Positions 1 to 9,679 of a stretch of DNA of 64,000 bases are shown here, one piece after another. The first letter of the stretch is position 1. Every line of letters starts with the position of its first letter. The stretch is from a virus. The translations under genes and the position numbers were made by a program. The stretch covers positions 64,001-128,000 of IMG/VR virus record IMGVR_UViG_3300046170_000494, one strand, 5' to 3'. Below the pieces are notes generated by a model, which was given only the letters and a program-made list of their open reading frames with translations, was not told where the DNA came from and searched no databases.

Positions 1-296
1 TCGTGACAATAGTTTATTATGTCCCAATTTAATAAAATATAATCTATAAACCCTAGCTCATCTAAGATTTTAAGCTCTGATTTTGCTCTATCAAAATATT
101 CTTTCTTATTTTTAAATTTATCTATGCCTCTATCATAAACTCCTTTATGGCATAGCTTACGTAGAAAGTCGAAGTTTGAAATATCTTCTGATGCATCAAG
201 CATTTCATAGTATTTCTTTTCGATTTTAATTTCTGGTAATTTTACGCCTGGAGGCGCACAATCTTCGTAATCTGTAAACTGTTCTGTAAAACTCAT
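1..296 (-). CDS. dnaE: DNA polymerase III alpha (DnaE-type) catalytic subunit, N-terminal part; runs off the window
   Basis: Not in ORF track. Manual translation from ATG 296: MSFTEQF...YFDRAKSELKILDELGFIDYILLNWDIINYCH, matching the DnaE 'Y..R...EL..I...GF.DY.L...D' segment. TAATG overlap with the upstream exonuclease gene. Confidence 0.75.
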   Translation of the reverse strand, partial: MSFTEQFTDYEDCAPPGVKLPEIKIEKKYYEMLDASEDISNFDFLRKLCHKGVYDRGIDKFKNKKEYFDRAKSELKILDELGFIDYILLNWDIINYCH

Positions 297-940
297 TATA
301 CTTCTATCTCCCATATCATTTTTTTGAATACTTCGTAGTTAACTCTAATGTCATATAGGGCATCATGCAATTTTTTCTCATCAAAGTCAATATCAAAATC
401 TTTGCAACATTGCTTAAGATTACAACTTAAACCCCTCTCAATCAGGTGGTTCAGTCGATATTGCCATGCTAAAAAATTATCGTCTTTGTCTAATCTAATT
501 CTTTTCTTTAGAGCTTTTGCTAGGCAAAGAGTGTCTACTAAATGTTCTGTGTAGCTAAAATCAGTTTCTGCATTTTCATCAATTAATTTGCGATGAACAT
601 TATGCATATATACATCAAACCCTAGTAAATTGTGACCAACTTTAAGATAAGAATCATCATACAGATATTTTTCGAAATGATCTAATGCAGCTTTGGGGCA
701 TGTAGCTTTTTTCTTGTACTTTGCTTCTGTAAAACCAGTGATCTTAGCTGCGTCAGGAGAAACATTTAATTCATCCCACTTAAGCCAATAATCTTTTTGC
801 TCTACAATTTTATTATTTTCTATTACAAGGAATGCTAATTGCCATGGTTTATTGTTGGACACAAGATTTAAATTACATGTTTCATAATCGAACAGTAAAT
901 ACTTTTTATTCTTTTGAAATCTAAGCAGTGATTCTTTCAT
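296..940 (-). CDS. DEDDh 3'-5' exonuclease (Pol III epsilon-like)
   Basis: ExoI FDYET, ExoII HNLLGFD, ExoIII HDALYD. Likely start MKESLL at 940 (track gives 973). Confidence 0.85.
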   Translation of the reverse strand: MKESLLRFQKNKKYLLFDYETCNLNLVSNNKPWQLAFLVIENNKIVEQKDYWLKWDELNVSPDAAKITGFTEAKYKKKATCPKAALDHFEKYLYDDSYLKVGHNLLGFDVYMHNVHRKLIDENAETDFSYTEHLVDTLCLAKALKKRIRLDKDDNFLAWQYRLNHLIERGLSCNLKQCCKDFDIDFDEKKLHDALYDIRVNYEVFKKMIWEIEV

Positions 941-1694
941 TTTTTTCCTTCCAGCTTTCGAAGCAAAATTCATTGCTGCCGAAATGATCTAAGTTTGGTT
1001 TTGATAATGTTTTATTGCCGAAAGTACGGCCTGTAATGCACTTATAGGTTTGTAATGCCTGCACATCTTTTTTCTTATTATAATAAATGCTCTTCGTTTG
1101 TTGTAATGTCATATTGTTTTTGCCGGCATATTCCTTAACTTTACTTGCTACGAAGTTGTCAAAAGGTAATGAATTGTTTTCTATAAAAAGCGTTGGCTTG
1201 CAAAAATCAAAATTTGGCGTGCAGTTACAAAATTTAATTAAATTATTAAATATAAATGAATCATAAAATGGGATTGCCATTAATAGATCTTTATTATTCC
1301 AGAATCTTTTGAGTGTTTTTCTGTCTACGCAGTTATAGTTCTCTGTATAAGCTGCACTAGAAATATTATTTAATAATTTACATCCTTTTGAGTTTTTTGC
1401 AAAAATAATAATTTTGTGAGAGCATTGTTGGTTTTCTTCTTTTGGGTTAACTTTCGCATCTTCCTTCATGTCAATCCTTAATCCAAAAATTAATTTTAAG
1501 CCAAGATTATCCGCTTGCTTTTTAGCTTGCAGGAATCCTGTGAGAGAATCTTCTACAAGAACTACTTCTTTTAATTTATTTTCTGTAGCAATTGTAAAAA
1601 CGCTGTCCGACTTACCTTCTTTATGTGTAATTGGATCTTCAAGCGTTAATATACTTTTGCCAATAGAAAAGTGGCTTTTGAATAATGGTATCAT
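921..1694 (-). CDS. Stand-alone PHP domain of DNA polymerase III alpha, metal ligands partly degenerate
   Basis: PLFKSHFSIGKSIL (cf. HxHxxYS), LIFGLR, IIIFAKNSKG. Start 1694 supported by a promoter 7 nt upstream. Confidence 0.7.
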   Translation of the reverse strand: MIPLFKSHFSIGKSILTLEDPITHKEGKSDSVFTIATENKLKEVVLVEDSLTGFLQAKKQADNLGLKLIFGLRIDMKEDAKVNPKEENQQCSHKIIIFAKNSKGCKLLNNISSAAYTENYNCVDRKTLKRFWNNKDLLMAIPFYDSFIFNNLIKFCNCTPNFDFCKPTLFIENNSLPFDNFVASKVKEYAGKNNMTLQQTKSIYYNKKKDVQALQTYKCITGRTFGNKTLSKPNLDHFGSNEFCFESWKEKNERITA

Positions 1695-1701
1695 GCTATC
1701 T

Positions 1702-1730
1702 ATTCTATAATAAATACAGTTCAATGTCAA
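1702..1730 (-). promoter_or_regulatory. sigma70-type promoter for the PHP/exo/dnaE operon
   Basis: TTGACA-N17-TAGAAT, 7 nt before ATG 1694. Confidence 0.8.
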
Positions 1731-1763
1731 GAAAGAAAAGTTGTTAACAGCTATATATTCCTA

Positions 1764-1792
1764 TTGACAATTACCCCCTCAAATGTTAATAT
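1764..1792 (+). promoter_or_regulatory. sigma70-type promoter for nrdA
   Basis: TTGACA-N17-TAATAT with TGn extension, 12 nt before ATG 1805. Confidence 0.7.
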
Positions 1793-1804
1793 TTTAAACA
1801 CAAT

Positions 1805-4240
1805 ATGGATATAAAAGTAAAAAAACGAAACGGACGTCTTCAAGACTTTAATGTCGAGAAAATTAATGCTAATGTTGAACGCGCATGTAACGATATCGCT
1901 GATGTATCAGTAAGTGAAATCGTGCTAGATGCTCAACTTCAATTATACGACAAGATCACAACCAAGGAAATTGATACAGCTCTTATATTAAGCGCTCGAG
2001 AAAAGATCGAAAAGGAGCCTAACTATAGTTACGCCGCAGGTAGACTACTACTGAATACAGTATATAAAGAAGTTTTTAAAGAAGGTGTTGATAGTGACGC
2101 GTTCAGGCTTCAATACAGAAAGAGCTTTATTCAAGGAATAAAAAAGCTCGTTAAGGGTGGTAAGCTTAATACTAGAATGTTGGAATACGATTTAGGGAAG
2201 CTTTCTGAAGCTATTCGTATTCGTAGAGATAACTCTTTTAAATATTTGGGTATACAAATTTTAACAGATAGGTATTTTATTCGAGAAGACGATAAAATCA
2301 TGGAGGCTCCTCAGTCTTTTTGGATGAGAGTCGCAATGGGCTTAGCGCTAAACGAAGAAAACAAAGAGGATTGGGCGATTAAATATTATGATATGTTTAG
2401 TCAATTTTTATATACTTCTTCGACCCCTACTCTTTTTAATAGTGGAACGGTCAGATCTCAATTAAGCTCATGTTATTTAAACACTTTTGATGACAGTATT
2501 GATGGTATTTTTGACGGTGCTTGGCAAGAGGCTCGTAAGAGTAAATATGCTGGAGGCCTAGGTCTTGATGTAACCCCTTTTAGGTCAACAGGTTCACACA
2601 TTAAAGGGACTAACGGTGTTTCTAGCGGACTTGTACCGTGGCTTAAGATATACAATGATCTCCTCGTAGCAGTAAATCAAGGAGGTAAGCGTCCAGGTGC
2701 TGGATGTGCTTATCTAGAGCCTTGGCATTTAGATTTTGAAGACTTTTTAAACTTAAGGAGGAACACTGGGGATGACAGGTTGAGGTGTCATGATATGAAC
2801 ACCGCTTCTTGGATTCCTGATGAATTTATGCGTAGAGTTCAGAATGAAGATGTTTGGTACTTTTTTGATCCAAAAGAATCTGGACTGCACGATTTGTTTG
2901 GGGCGGAGTTTGATAAAAAGTACAATGAACTATGTAATCAAGCAGAAGAAGGCTTAATTAAAAATTACAGAATAACCCCTGCAAAAGAATTGTGGAAAAA
3001 AATGCTTAAGGTTTTATTTGAAACTTCTCACCCATGGAATACTTTCAAGGATCCGTGCAACATTAGATATACAAATCAACACGAAGGTATTGTTCATAGT
3101 AGTAATTTATGTACAGAAATCACTCTTCACACTAAATCTTCTAAATACGAAAAAGGAGAAAAGACTAATATTGGAGAGACTGCAGTATGTAATCTTGGGT
3201 CAGTCAACCTTCTTAATCATTTAAATGAAGACAATACTTTAGATTATGATAAATTAAAAAATACTATTCACACTGCAATTAGGGCATTAGATAGTGTTGT
3301 CGATCTTAATTTTTATCCAACTAAGGAAGCAGAGGCTAGTAATTTAAGGCATCGCCCTATTGGTTTAGGTATGATGGCTCTTCATGATATTTGTCACAGA
3401 ATGAATATTAATATTGATAGTGATGAAGCTGTAGAGTTTAATGATAAATTATTTGAATTTTATTCTTATCATGCAATATACGCTAGTTCTCTATTGGCGA
3501 AAGAAAAAGGTAGATACGAAACTTTTGATGGGTCTCTGTGGAGCAAAAATATTCTACCTATTGACTCTAATAATAGATTAATGAATTACCGTACAAAATC
3601 CAAGGAATCCGAAAGAGGTGAGGGGGAAAGCATGAAAGATGAATGGCTTGAATTAAGGGCTCATATATCTGAATTTGGCATGCGCAATAGTAATGTTATG
3701 GCTATTGCACCAACAGCTACCATCGGCTATATTAATGGAGTAGAGCAAAGTATAGAACCTAATTTTTCTGTGTTGTTTGTTTATGAAAACAAAAGCGGTA
3801 ATTTCTTTATTACGAATGAACACTTTATTAATGACATGAAAAATGCTGGTTTATGGAATAGCGAAATCGCTAAGCTCGTAAAAAGCGTCGATGGGGACCT
3901 ATCTTTACTAAATGGAGATATTCCATCTGAATTAAAAGAGAAATATAAAACAGCGTTTGATCGCGATATGTTTAAACTAATTGAATGTAATGCGGCTCGC
4001 CAAAAATGGATAGACCAAGCGGTAAGCTTTAATTTATACAATAAATCTACTTCCTTAAAGTATTTAAATGATGTTTATATGTCTTGCTGGGAAGCTGGAT
4101 TAAAAACAACTTATTATCTTCGTAATCGCGCTGCATCCAAAGTAGAAAAAGCTCATAATGATGAAAGCAAAAAAGAAGAACCATCCGCTTGCAGTATAGA
4201 AGCGATGAAGAATGGTGGTACTTGCGAAAGCTGTCAATAG
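1805..4240 (+). CDS. nrdA: Class I ribonucleotide reductase alpha subunit with N-terminal ATP cone
   Basis: ATP cone VKKRNG; SSCYL, SNLCTE, VCNLGS, APTAT, TTYYLR; C-terminal CESCQ. No intein apparent. Confidence 0.97.
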   Translation: MDIKVKKRNGRLQDFNVEKINANVERACNDIADVSVSEIVLDAQLQLYDKITTKEIDTALILSAREKIEKEPNYSYAAGRLLLNTVYKEVFKEGVDSDAFRLQYRKSFIQGIKKLVKGGKLNTRMLEYDLGKLSEAIRIRRDNSFKYLGIQILTDRYFIREDDKIMEAPQSFWMRVAMGLALNEENKEDWAIKYYDMFSQFLYTSSTPTLFNSGTVRSQLSSCYLNTFDDSIDGIFDGAWQEARKSKYAGGLGLDVTPFRSTGSHIKGTNGVSSGLVPWLKIYNDLLVAVNQGGKRPGAGCAYLEPWHLDFEDFLNLRRNTGDDRLRCHDMNTASWIPDEFMRRVQNEDVWYFFDPKESGLHDLFGAEFDKKYNELCNQAEEGLIKNYRITPAKELWKKMLKVLFETSHPWNTFKDPCNIRYTNQHEGIVHSSNLCTEITLHTKSSKYEKGEKTNIGETAVCNLGSVNLLNHLNEDNTLDYDKLKNTIHTAIRALDSVVDLNFYPTKEAEASNLRHRPIGLGMMALHDICHRMNINIDSDEAVEFNDKLFEFYSYHAIYASSLLAKEKGRYETFDGSLWSKNILPIDSNNRLMNYRTKSKESERGEGESMKDEWLELRAHISEFGMRNSNVMAIAPTATIGYINGVEQSIEPNFSVLFVYENKSGNFFITNEHFINDMKNAGLWNSEIAKLVKSVDGDLSLLNGDIPSELKEKYKTAFDRDMFKLIECNAARQKWIDQAVSFNLYNKSTSLKYLNDVYMSCWEAGLKTTYYLRNRAASKVEKAHNDESKKEEPSACSIEAMKNGGTCESCQ

Positions 4241-4509
4241 TGAATCGACATCAACATTTAAAAGCTTTTAAAGAAGCTATTGTTAGATGTAAATTAATTA
4301 GAAGAGATCTAAGAAGAATTAATTCTAATATAGATTCTATAAATTATAGAAAAAATAGAGATTACGCTGAAACAGCTTATTTTCAAACATTGGAAGAGAT
4401 AATAGATAGAGGTAAAAAGTATCTTTCTCTAAACCCAGAGGCAGATGAATCAATAAGAGTTGCGATAGATATTGAAAAATATCAGCATCTTTTAGATAAA
4501 TTAGAGTAA
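4240..4509 (+). CDS. Hypothetical protein
   Basis: ORF between nrdA and nrdB; GTG at 4240 overlaps the nrdA stop (track start 4189). Confidence 0.55.
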   Translation: MNRHQHLKAFKEAIVRCKLIRRDLRRINSNIDSINYRKNRDYAETAYFQTLEEIIDRGKKYLSLNPEADESIRVAIDIEKYQHLLDKLE

Positions 4510-4517
4510 ACTTAATC

Positions 4518-4546
4518 TTGACTTAGAACGTTATTTATTATACAAT
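4518..4546 (+). promoter_or_regulatory. sigma70-type promoter for nrdB
   Basis: TTGACT-N17-TACAAT, 6 nt before ATG 4553. Confidence 0.8.
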
Positions 4547-4552
4547 AAAACT

Positions 4553-5566
4553 ATGAATGATAAAACAGGAGAATTACTAACAGAAAATATCGCGGGGGTA
4601 AATAGAATTTTACCTCATAAACATAAATATGCGTGGGATTTATTTTTAAAAAGTTGCGCCAATAATTGGATGCCTACTGAAATTAGTATGCAGAACGACA
4701 TTAAACAATGGAAAAACGATGAAATTACAGAAGACGAAAAATTACTCGTTAAACGCTGCCTTGGATTCTTTGCGGGATCTGAGTCTTTGGTTGGTAATAA
4801 CCTGCTGCTTTCGGCTTTTAGATTTATTACTGATGCTGAATGCCGTCAGTACATACTTCGTCAAGCTTTTGAGGAAAGTCTTCACAACCTTACGGTAGTG
4901 TATATTTGTGATAGCTTAGATCTTGATATAGAAGAGGTTTTTGCTGCTTACGAAACAATTCCAAGTATTAAAGCTAAAGATGACTTCTTAATGGGTATTA
5001 CTAATGATATTAGTCGTCAAGATTTCAGCGCTCACACTACAGAGGGTAAGCAAGAAATTTTGCGTAATTTTTTAACTTATTGGATTGTTTGTGAAGGAAC
5101 ATTCTTTTTTAGCGGATTTGCAATGTTATTAGCCTTAGGTCGCCAAAATAAACTTCAAGGAATATCCGACCAAATTAAATATACTTTAAGAGACGAAAGC
5201 TCTCATATTGCGTTTGGAACTTATTTGATTAATACTTTGATTGATCAAAATCCAGAAATCTGGACAAAAGAAATTCAAGATGAATTTGTGGAGCATATGA
5301 AAAAAGCTGTAGAGCTTGAAATAGCTTACGCTCACGATGTTTTGCCTACAGGTATATTGGGTTTAAATGCAGATATGTTCGTAGAATATATGCATTATAT
5401 AGGAAACAGAAGACTAGAGGGTATCGGTTTAGATTACCGTTTCCCTAGTGATAAAAACCCTTTTCCTTGGCTAAGTGAAGTTGTAGATGTTCAAGCTATG
5501 GGGAATTTCTTTGAAAGAAGAGTTAGAGAATATCAACAAAGCGGGGCTTTAGAAGACGACTTTTAA
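4553..5566 (+). CDS. nrdB: Ribonucleotide reductase beta subunit, class Ic-like (R2c)
   Basis: Ferritin-like ligands E77, E108, H111, CEG..FF, DESSH; C-terminal NFFERRVREY. Val115 at the radical-Tyr position. Confidence 0.93.
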   Translation: MNDKTGELLTENIAGVNRILPHKHKYAWDLFLKSCANNWMPTEISMQNDIKQWKNDEITEDEKLLVKRCLGFFAGSESLVGNNLLLSAFRFITDAECRQYILRQAFEESLHNLTVVYICDSLDLDIEEVFAAYETIPSIKAKDDFLMGITNDISRQDFSAHTTEGKQEILRNFLTYWIVCEGTFFFSGFAMLLALGRQNKLQGISDQIKYTLRDESSHIAFGTYLINTLIDQNPEIWTKEIQDEFVEHMKKAVELEIAYAHDVLPTGILGLNADMFVEYMHYIGNRRLEGIGLDYRFPSDKNPFPWLSEVVDVQAMGNFFERRVREYQQSGALEDDF

Positions 5567-5593
5567 TTTCGAACAACTCCAAAAGAAATGTTC

Positions 5594-5617
5594 AAGCCCC
5601 CGTAAGGGGGCTTTTTT
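5594..5617 (+). terminator. Rho-independent terminator after nrdB
   Basis: AAGCCCCC-GTAA-GGGGGCTT followed by a T run. Confidence 0.85.
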
Positions 5618-6908
5618 ATGACAAGATATCAAGTAAAGGCTCGCCTTTATGAGCTATTGTAAAAGGTCTTCCAGAAGGAGAATATTGGTAGTCATTTAAT
5701 GGTAAGCCTAAAGTGTGTGCAATTGTAGCATTTAAGTCTTCTGGTTTAACAGGCTTGCCTTCTGTAGGAGTGCGCCCCGTTTTGTCGGTTTCTCCATAAG
5801 TCATTCCACCTTTAACTCCTCCTCCTGCTAAAAAAGCTGTAAAGCAATAAGGCCAGTGATCTCTTCCGTCTCTTCCGTTAATATTTGGAGTTCTTCCAAA
5901 TTCAGAAGTTAAAACTACCAAAGTGTCAGAAAGCATACCTCTTCGATTTAAATCGATCAACAGTCCACTTAATGCTTGATCGATATCTGTGCAATTTGCC
6001 GCTACTCTATCAAAGTTATTATCATGTGTATCCCATCCTCCTCTTGTTACTTCAACATATCTTACCCCATGTTCTACTAACCTTCTTGCTAATAAGCATC
6101 CTTTTGCAAAATTAGTTTGACCATAAAGATTACTTGTTGACTCAGGCTCTTTTGTGATGTCAAAAGCGTTTAAGTCATTACTATTCATTAATTTAATTGC
6201 GTCTTTATATAAGTCAGAATAAGCTCTTACTTTTTTCTGCGGAAATTGGGTAGAAAAATTTTCATTTAAAGCTTCTGCGATAGATATTCTACTTTGAAAA
6301 TGCTCATGATCTAAGTATGAAGCCATTTTGCTATTAGCTAATCCTGAGTTTGGATTATTAATTGGTAATGCTCCGTATTTAGATTCTAAAAAACCAGCGC
6401 CGCCTCCGCCGCCTCCTATTTTAACATTGCTGGGTATTGTTCTGTTGATTGAGCCAGAAAGTTTGGACACCCAGCTACCAAATGTAGGATGAACAATTGT
6501 GCCTCTTTTAAGATAGCTTGTATGCATTAAATAACTGGCTTGCTCGTGAGCTCCTTGGCTTGTGTTCATTGTTTTAATTATTGCTGCATGATGCATAAGC
6601 TCGGCGGTCTTTGGTAGGTTTTCCGAAAGGATTACTCCATCTGCGCTTGTTGGAATAGATTTAGTAGGGCCTTGAATATCTGGTGCGTCTGGCTTCGGCC
6701 CAAATGTATCAAGGTGAGACATGGCTCCTCCCATATTTAAATAAATTACGTGCCTTGCGGTAGGAACTCTTGCTCCTGGATTTAACGCGCTAACACTATT
6801 ATGTATATACGCTCCTGCCATTGGCATAAGACCCACCCCAAAACATGCTTTTGCAGCATGAGCTATAAATTCTCTTCTTCCTAATTCGTCTATTGTATTA
6901 AAGTTCAT
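5616..6908 (-). CDS. DUF1501 family protein with Tat signal
   Basis: GRREFI twin-arginine leader; YLNMGGAMSHLDTF, GGWDTH, SEFGRTP, GRDHW motifs. Confidence 0.9.
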   Translation of the reverse strand: MNFNTIDELGRREFIAHAAKACFGVGLMPMAGAYIHNSVSALNPGARVPTARHVIYLNMGGAMSHLDTFGPKPDAPDIQGPTKSIPTSADGVILSENLPKTAELMHHAAIIKTMNTSQGAHEQASYLMHTSYLKRGTIVHPTFGSWVSKLSGSINRTIPSNVKIGGGGGGAGFLESKYGALPINNPNSGLANSKMASYLDHEHFQSRISIAEALNENFSTQFPQKKVRAYSDLYKDAIKLMNSNDLNAFDITKEPESTSNLYGQTNFAKGCLLARRLVEHGVRYVEVTRGGWDTHDNNFDRVAANCTDIDQALSGLLIDLNRRGMLSDTLVVLTSEFGRTPNINGRDGRDHWPYCFTAFLAGGGVKGGMTYGETDKTGRTPTEGKPVKPEDLNATIAHTLGLPLNDYQYSPSGRPFTIAHKGEPLLDILS

Positions 6909-6918
6909 AATAGATTAT

Positions 6919-6923
6919 TACAC
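6919..6923 (-). promoter_or_regulatory. GTGTA promoter motif
   Basis: GTGTA-N10-ATG (6908). Confidence 0.6.
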
Positions 6924-6947
6924 AATTTTGAGAAAAGTCAACAGGAA

Positions 6948-6952
6948 GTGTA
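6948..6952 (+). promoter_or_regulatory. GTGTA promoter motif
   Basis: GTGTA-N9-GTG (6962). Confidence 0.6.
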
Positions 6953-6961
6953 TGATATATT

Positions 6962-7348
6962 GTGCGGTTTTTATTGCTTATATTCATTATACCCAGTATT
7001 TTATGCGCTAGATTGCAAAGAGAAGATTATTTAGATAATTGTGATTGGTGCAAAAATCAAGCTAAGTCTACTCAGCCATTAGATATCGGCGAATGGAGCA
7101 TGAGGTGCCAGCAAAAACCGAAACCAATATGGTTTAATTATAGAAATATAGGCAGAGCATATGGAACTTATAAAGAAAAAACTTCTATGTGTTGGATTTA
7201 TTCTGAAAAATTAGGTTGGATATATAACACTCCTCAATATAAAGATTATATTTATACTCACAAACTTGGATGGATCTACGTAAAAGATGGCAAGGTTTAT
7301 GTCTTCAAAAAGAAAAAGTGGGATTATTTTACAAATATAAATTCATGA
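6962..7348 (+). CDS. Small secreted hypothetical protein
   Basis: Hydrophobic leader MRFLLLIFIIPSILCA, CDWC motif, two LGWIY repeats. Confidence 0.6.
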   Translation: MRFLLLIFIIPSILCARLQREDYLDNCDWCKNQAKSTQPLDIGEWSMRCQQKPKPIWFNYRNIGRAYGTYKEKTSMCWIYSEKLGWIYNTPQYKDYIYTHKLGWIYVKDGKVYVFKKKKWDYFTNINS

Positions 7349-9594
7349 GTATTAATTAATGTCCAAATTATTTCTTTGTATGCATCTTTTTCGTTTTTAA
7401 TATTATCAGTAAATATTTTCATTTCTTTAGAAGAGGGTTTTCTATTTAATATATATTTATATCCTGTTGTAATTTTATCATTCAATGACTTTTGCGACTG
7501 TATTGCTTTTATAATTTCAAAGTTTTTATTTTTTAATAATCTAGTTTCAACAAAACCATTAAGAAGATTTAATACTTGTGTTGCAGAGGCGCTTTTATTT
7601 GCGTTTTCTATCTGTTCCCTATCTGAACCACCAAACTCACGAATAAGGTGCCCTATGGGCGCAGGAGAAGGTAGTTCTGAGGCTCTTACTGAATTGCGGT
7701 CTTTTACAAAGTTTTGCTGATATTCTTTTTTCTTGTTTTCAATCTGAGATTTGAATTTATCAACACAAGATTCGCAACAAAAAGCTAAAGTCTCTCCGTT
7801 TTCATTTAGAGCTAATAATGTTGGGTCTATTGCTCTGCCAGGTTTAATTGGACAGTCTGTGTTTATTGGCTTGCTGAATTTAGACTCGCTTTGAGTTTTA
7901 GGTCTTTCAGTTTTGTTGATTTTAGCCATCAATTCCGAAAACAATTCTTCTCCTGTCATTTCTGAAAAATTTTGAAAATTTTGATATCCTTTTGTATTTT
8001 GCTCTAATTTTCTAGAATCAACATTATTTACCGTTAAATTAACTAAGGAATCCCAGATTTGTTCTCCGCTCATTCTTTCAAGCATGGGTCCTTGATAGAA
8101 ATAGGGTACTGCATTTTTGGATTGATTTTCGCTATCTGGACCAGCCACAATCCATTTTACTTCTACGGGCATAGACTGATCTTTATTGTCTTTGGGAATA
8201 ATGTCTCTCACCACAGATTGGCGCTGAAAAGTTTTTGTATTATATAATATTCTAAGAAATTCCTTAAGGTCATAATTTAATGCAACCATAACTTTTTCGA
8301 GGTGAAGTTGAAGTTTTGGATCGGTCGCTAATGTATCATCAAACATATTGTCTATGGGTTCAATTAATGCTAGTCCAAAAGCTTCTTTCCAGAGTCGGTT
8401 AACAATAACTGCTGTAAATCTTGGGTTTGAATCTGAGGCTAGCCAGTTTGCATAAATTTCTCTAGATCCTGATTGAGGGGCTTTTGTTTTAATGTCTATC
8501 TCTTCTCCAAAAATAGTTTTACCCATTAATGCTTGGTTTGGTTTTCCGTTGTCGTATTGATAATCTTTTGGAAGATTTATCTTTCCATTGCCCATACTAG
8601 CTAGTCCAGTTTGAAGAATGTCTTGTATGTCTCTCACTCCGTTTTGTAATTGCCTTGATTTTTGCGGTTCATCATTATTTTCTAATTTGCGCCTTTCATC
8701 TCTAGCCAATCTGTTTAATATGGTTAAATTTTCTGGACTTTTGGTTCTTAAGTTAGTTGAGCCACTCGTAAAAGCTGCCATTTCGTAAAATTGCTTTTGA
8801 GTCCAGCGATCAAATGGATGATCGTGGCATTGGGCGCATTCTAAGCTCGTACCTAAAAATACTCTAACTGTATTTGCCATACTGTCTAATGGCATATTTA
8901 CATCACGAGCAAAATAACTAACTCCCTCATTACCTTTAATCCATAGTGGGCCAGAAGAAGAAAGCATCTCTCTTACCCATTCATCATAAGGTTTGTTATT
9001 GGAGATGAAGTCTTTTACATAATTTTTATATGGAACGCCAGATATTCTATTGTTTAATCTATCTTTAATTCTTAATATATCTGCCCAAAAGTTAAACCAA
9101 TGGCTTACATATCCTTCGCTACCTAATAATTGATCAATTAGCTGCGATCTTTTATTTTTATCTTTACTATTTAAAAAAGAATCTACTTCTGTTAAAGATG
9201 GAGTCCTGCCAATAACCTTTAAGTATGATCTGCGTAAAAATGTAGCGTCGTCAACTTCTTTATTTGGTCGAAGATTATATCCTCTAAGTTTTGTTTCAAT
9301 CAAGCTATCAATATAATTAGCATGAGTTTTTAAATCTTTATCTGATAAGGGTTTTTTGAATTTGGGTAGAGCTTCATGGCTTGGGGGGAAATTATTTTTA
9401 ATATATGCTTGATTATCTTCTGTGAGAGAATCTATTGCTATTCTAAATAACTGTAAATCACTAGATCTTTTTATTAAAGCGTGAGTCGCATTTGCCTCAA
9501 GAATATCTCCTTTTAGATCTTTTCCGTTGTTAAAATAAAGCGTATCGCCGAAGCAATAGATTGATGATAAGAATAATAAAATTAGTTTTTTCAT
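7324..9594 (-). CDS. DUF1549/DUF1553 (PSD1-type) secreted protein with CxxCH and a YHS-like insert
   Basis: Signal peptide from ATG 9594; DDATFLRRSYL..IGRTP, FLGTSLECAQCHDHPF, NPRF..VIVNRLW, FGGSDRE motifs. Confidence 0.88.
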   Translation of the reverse strand: MKKLILLFLSSIYCFGDTLYFNNGKDLKGDILEANATHALIKRSSDLQLFRIAIDSLTEDNQAYIKNNFPPSHEALPKFKKPLSDKDLKTHANYIDSLIETKLRGYNLRPNKEVDDATFLRRSYLKVIGRTPSLTEVDSFLNSKDKNKRSQLIDQLLGSEGYVSHWFNFWADILRIKDRLNNRISGVPYKNYVKDFISNNKPYDEWVREMLSSSGPLWIKGNEGVSYFARDVNMPLDSMANTVRVFLGTSLECAQCHDHPFDRWTQKQFYEMAAFTSGSTNLRTKSPENLTILNRLARDERRKLENNDEPQKSRQLQNGVRDIQDILQTGLASMGNGKINLPKDYQYDNGKPNQALMGKTIFGEEIDIKTKAPQSGSREIYANWLASDSNPRFTAVIVNRLWKEAFGLALIEPIDNMFDDTLATDPKLQLHLEKVMVALNYDLKEFLRILYNTKTFQRQSVVRDIIPKDNKDQSMPVEVKWIVAGPDSENQSKNAVPYFYQGPMLERMSGEQIWDSLVNLTVNNVDSRKLEQNTKGYQNFQNFSEMTGEELFSELMAKINKTERPKTQSESKFSKPINTDCPIKPGRAIDPTLLALNENGETLAFCCESCVDKFKSQIENKKKEYQQNFVKDRNSVRASELPSPAPIGHLIREFGGSDREQIENANKSASATQVLNLLNGFVETRLLKNKNFEIIKAIQSQKSLNDKITTGYKYILNRKPSSKEMKIFTDNIKNEKDAYKEIIWTLINTHEFIFVK

Positions 9595-9624
9595 TGTAGG
9601 ATTATAATATTTACAAACTATAAT

Positions 9625-9655
9625 TACACAAAAAAGCCACCCATTTCTGGGTGGC
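9625..9655 (-). terminator. Rho-independent terminator fused to a downstream GTGTA motif
   Basis: GCCACCCA-GAAA-TGGGTGGC-TTTTTT-GTGTA on the minus strand. Confidence 0.8.
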
Positions 9656-9679
9656 CGTATGGAACATTTATTAGATTTC

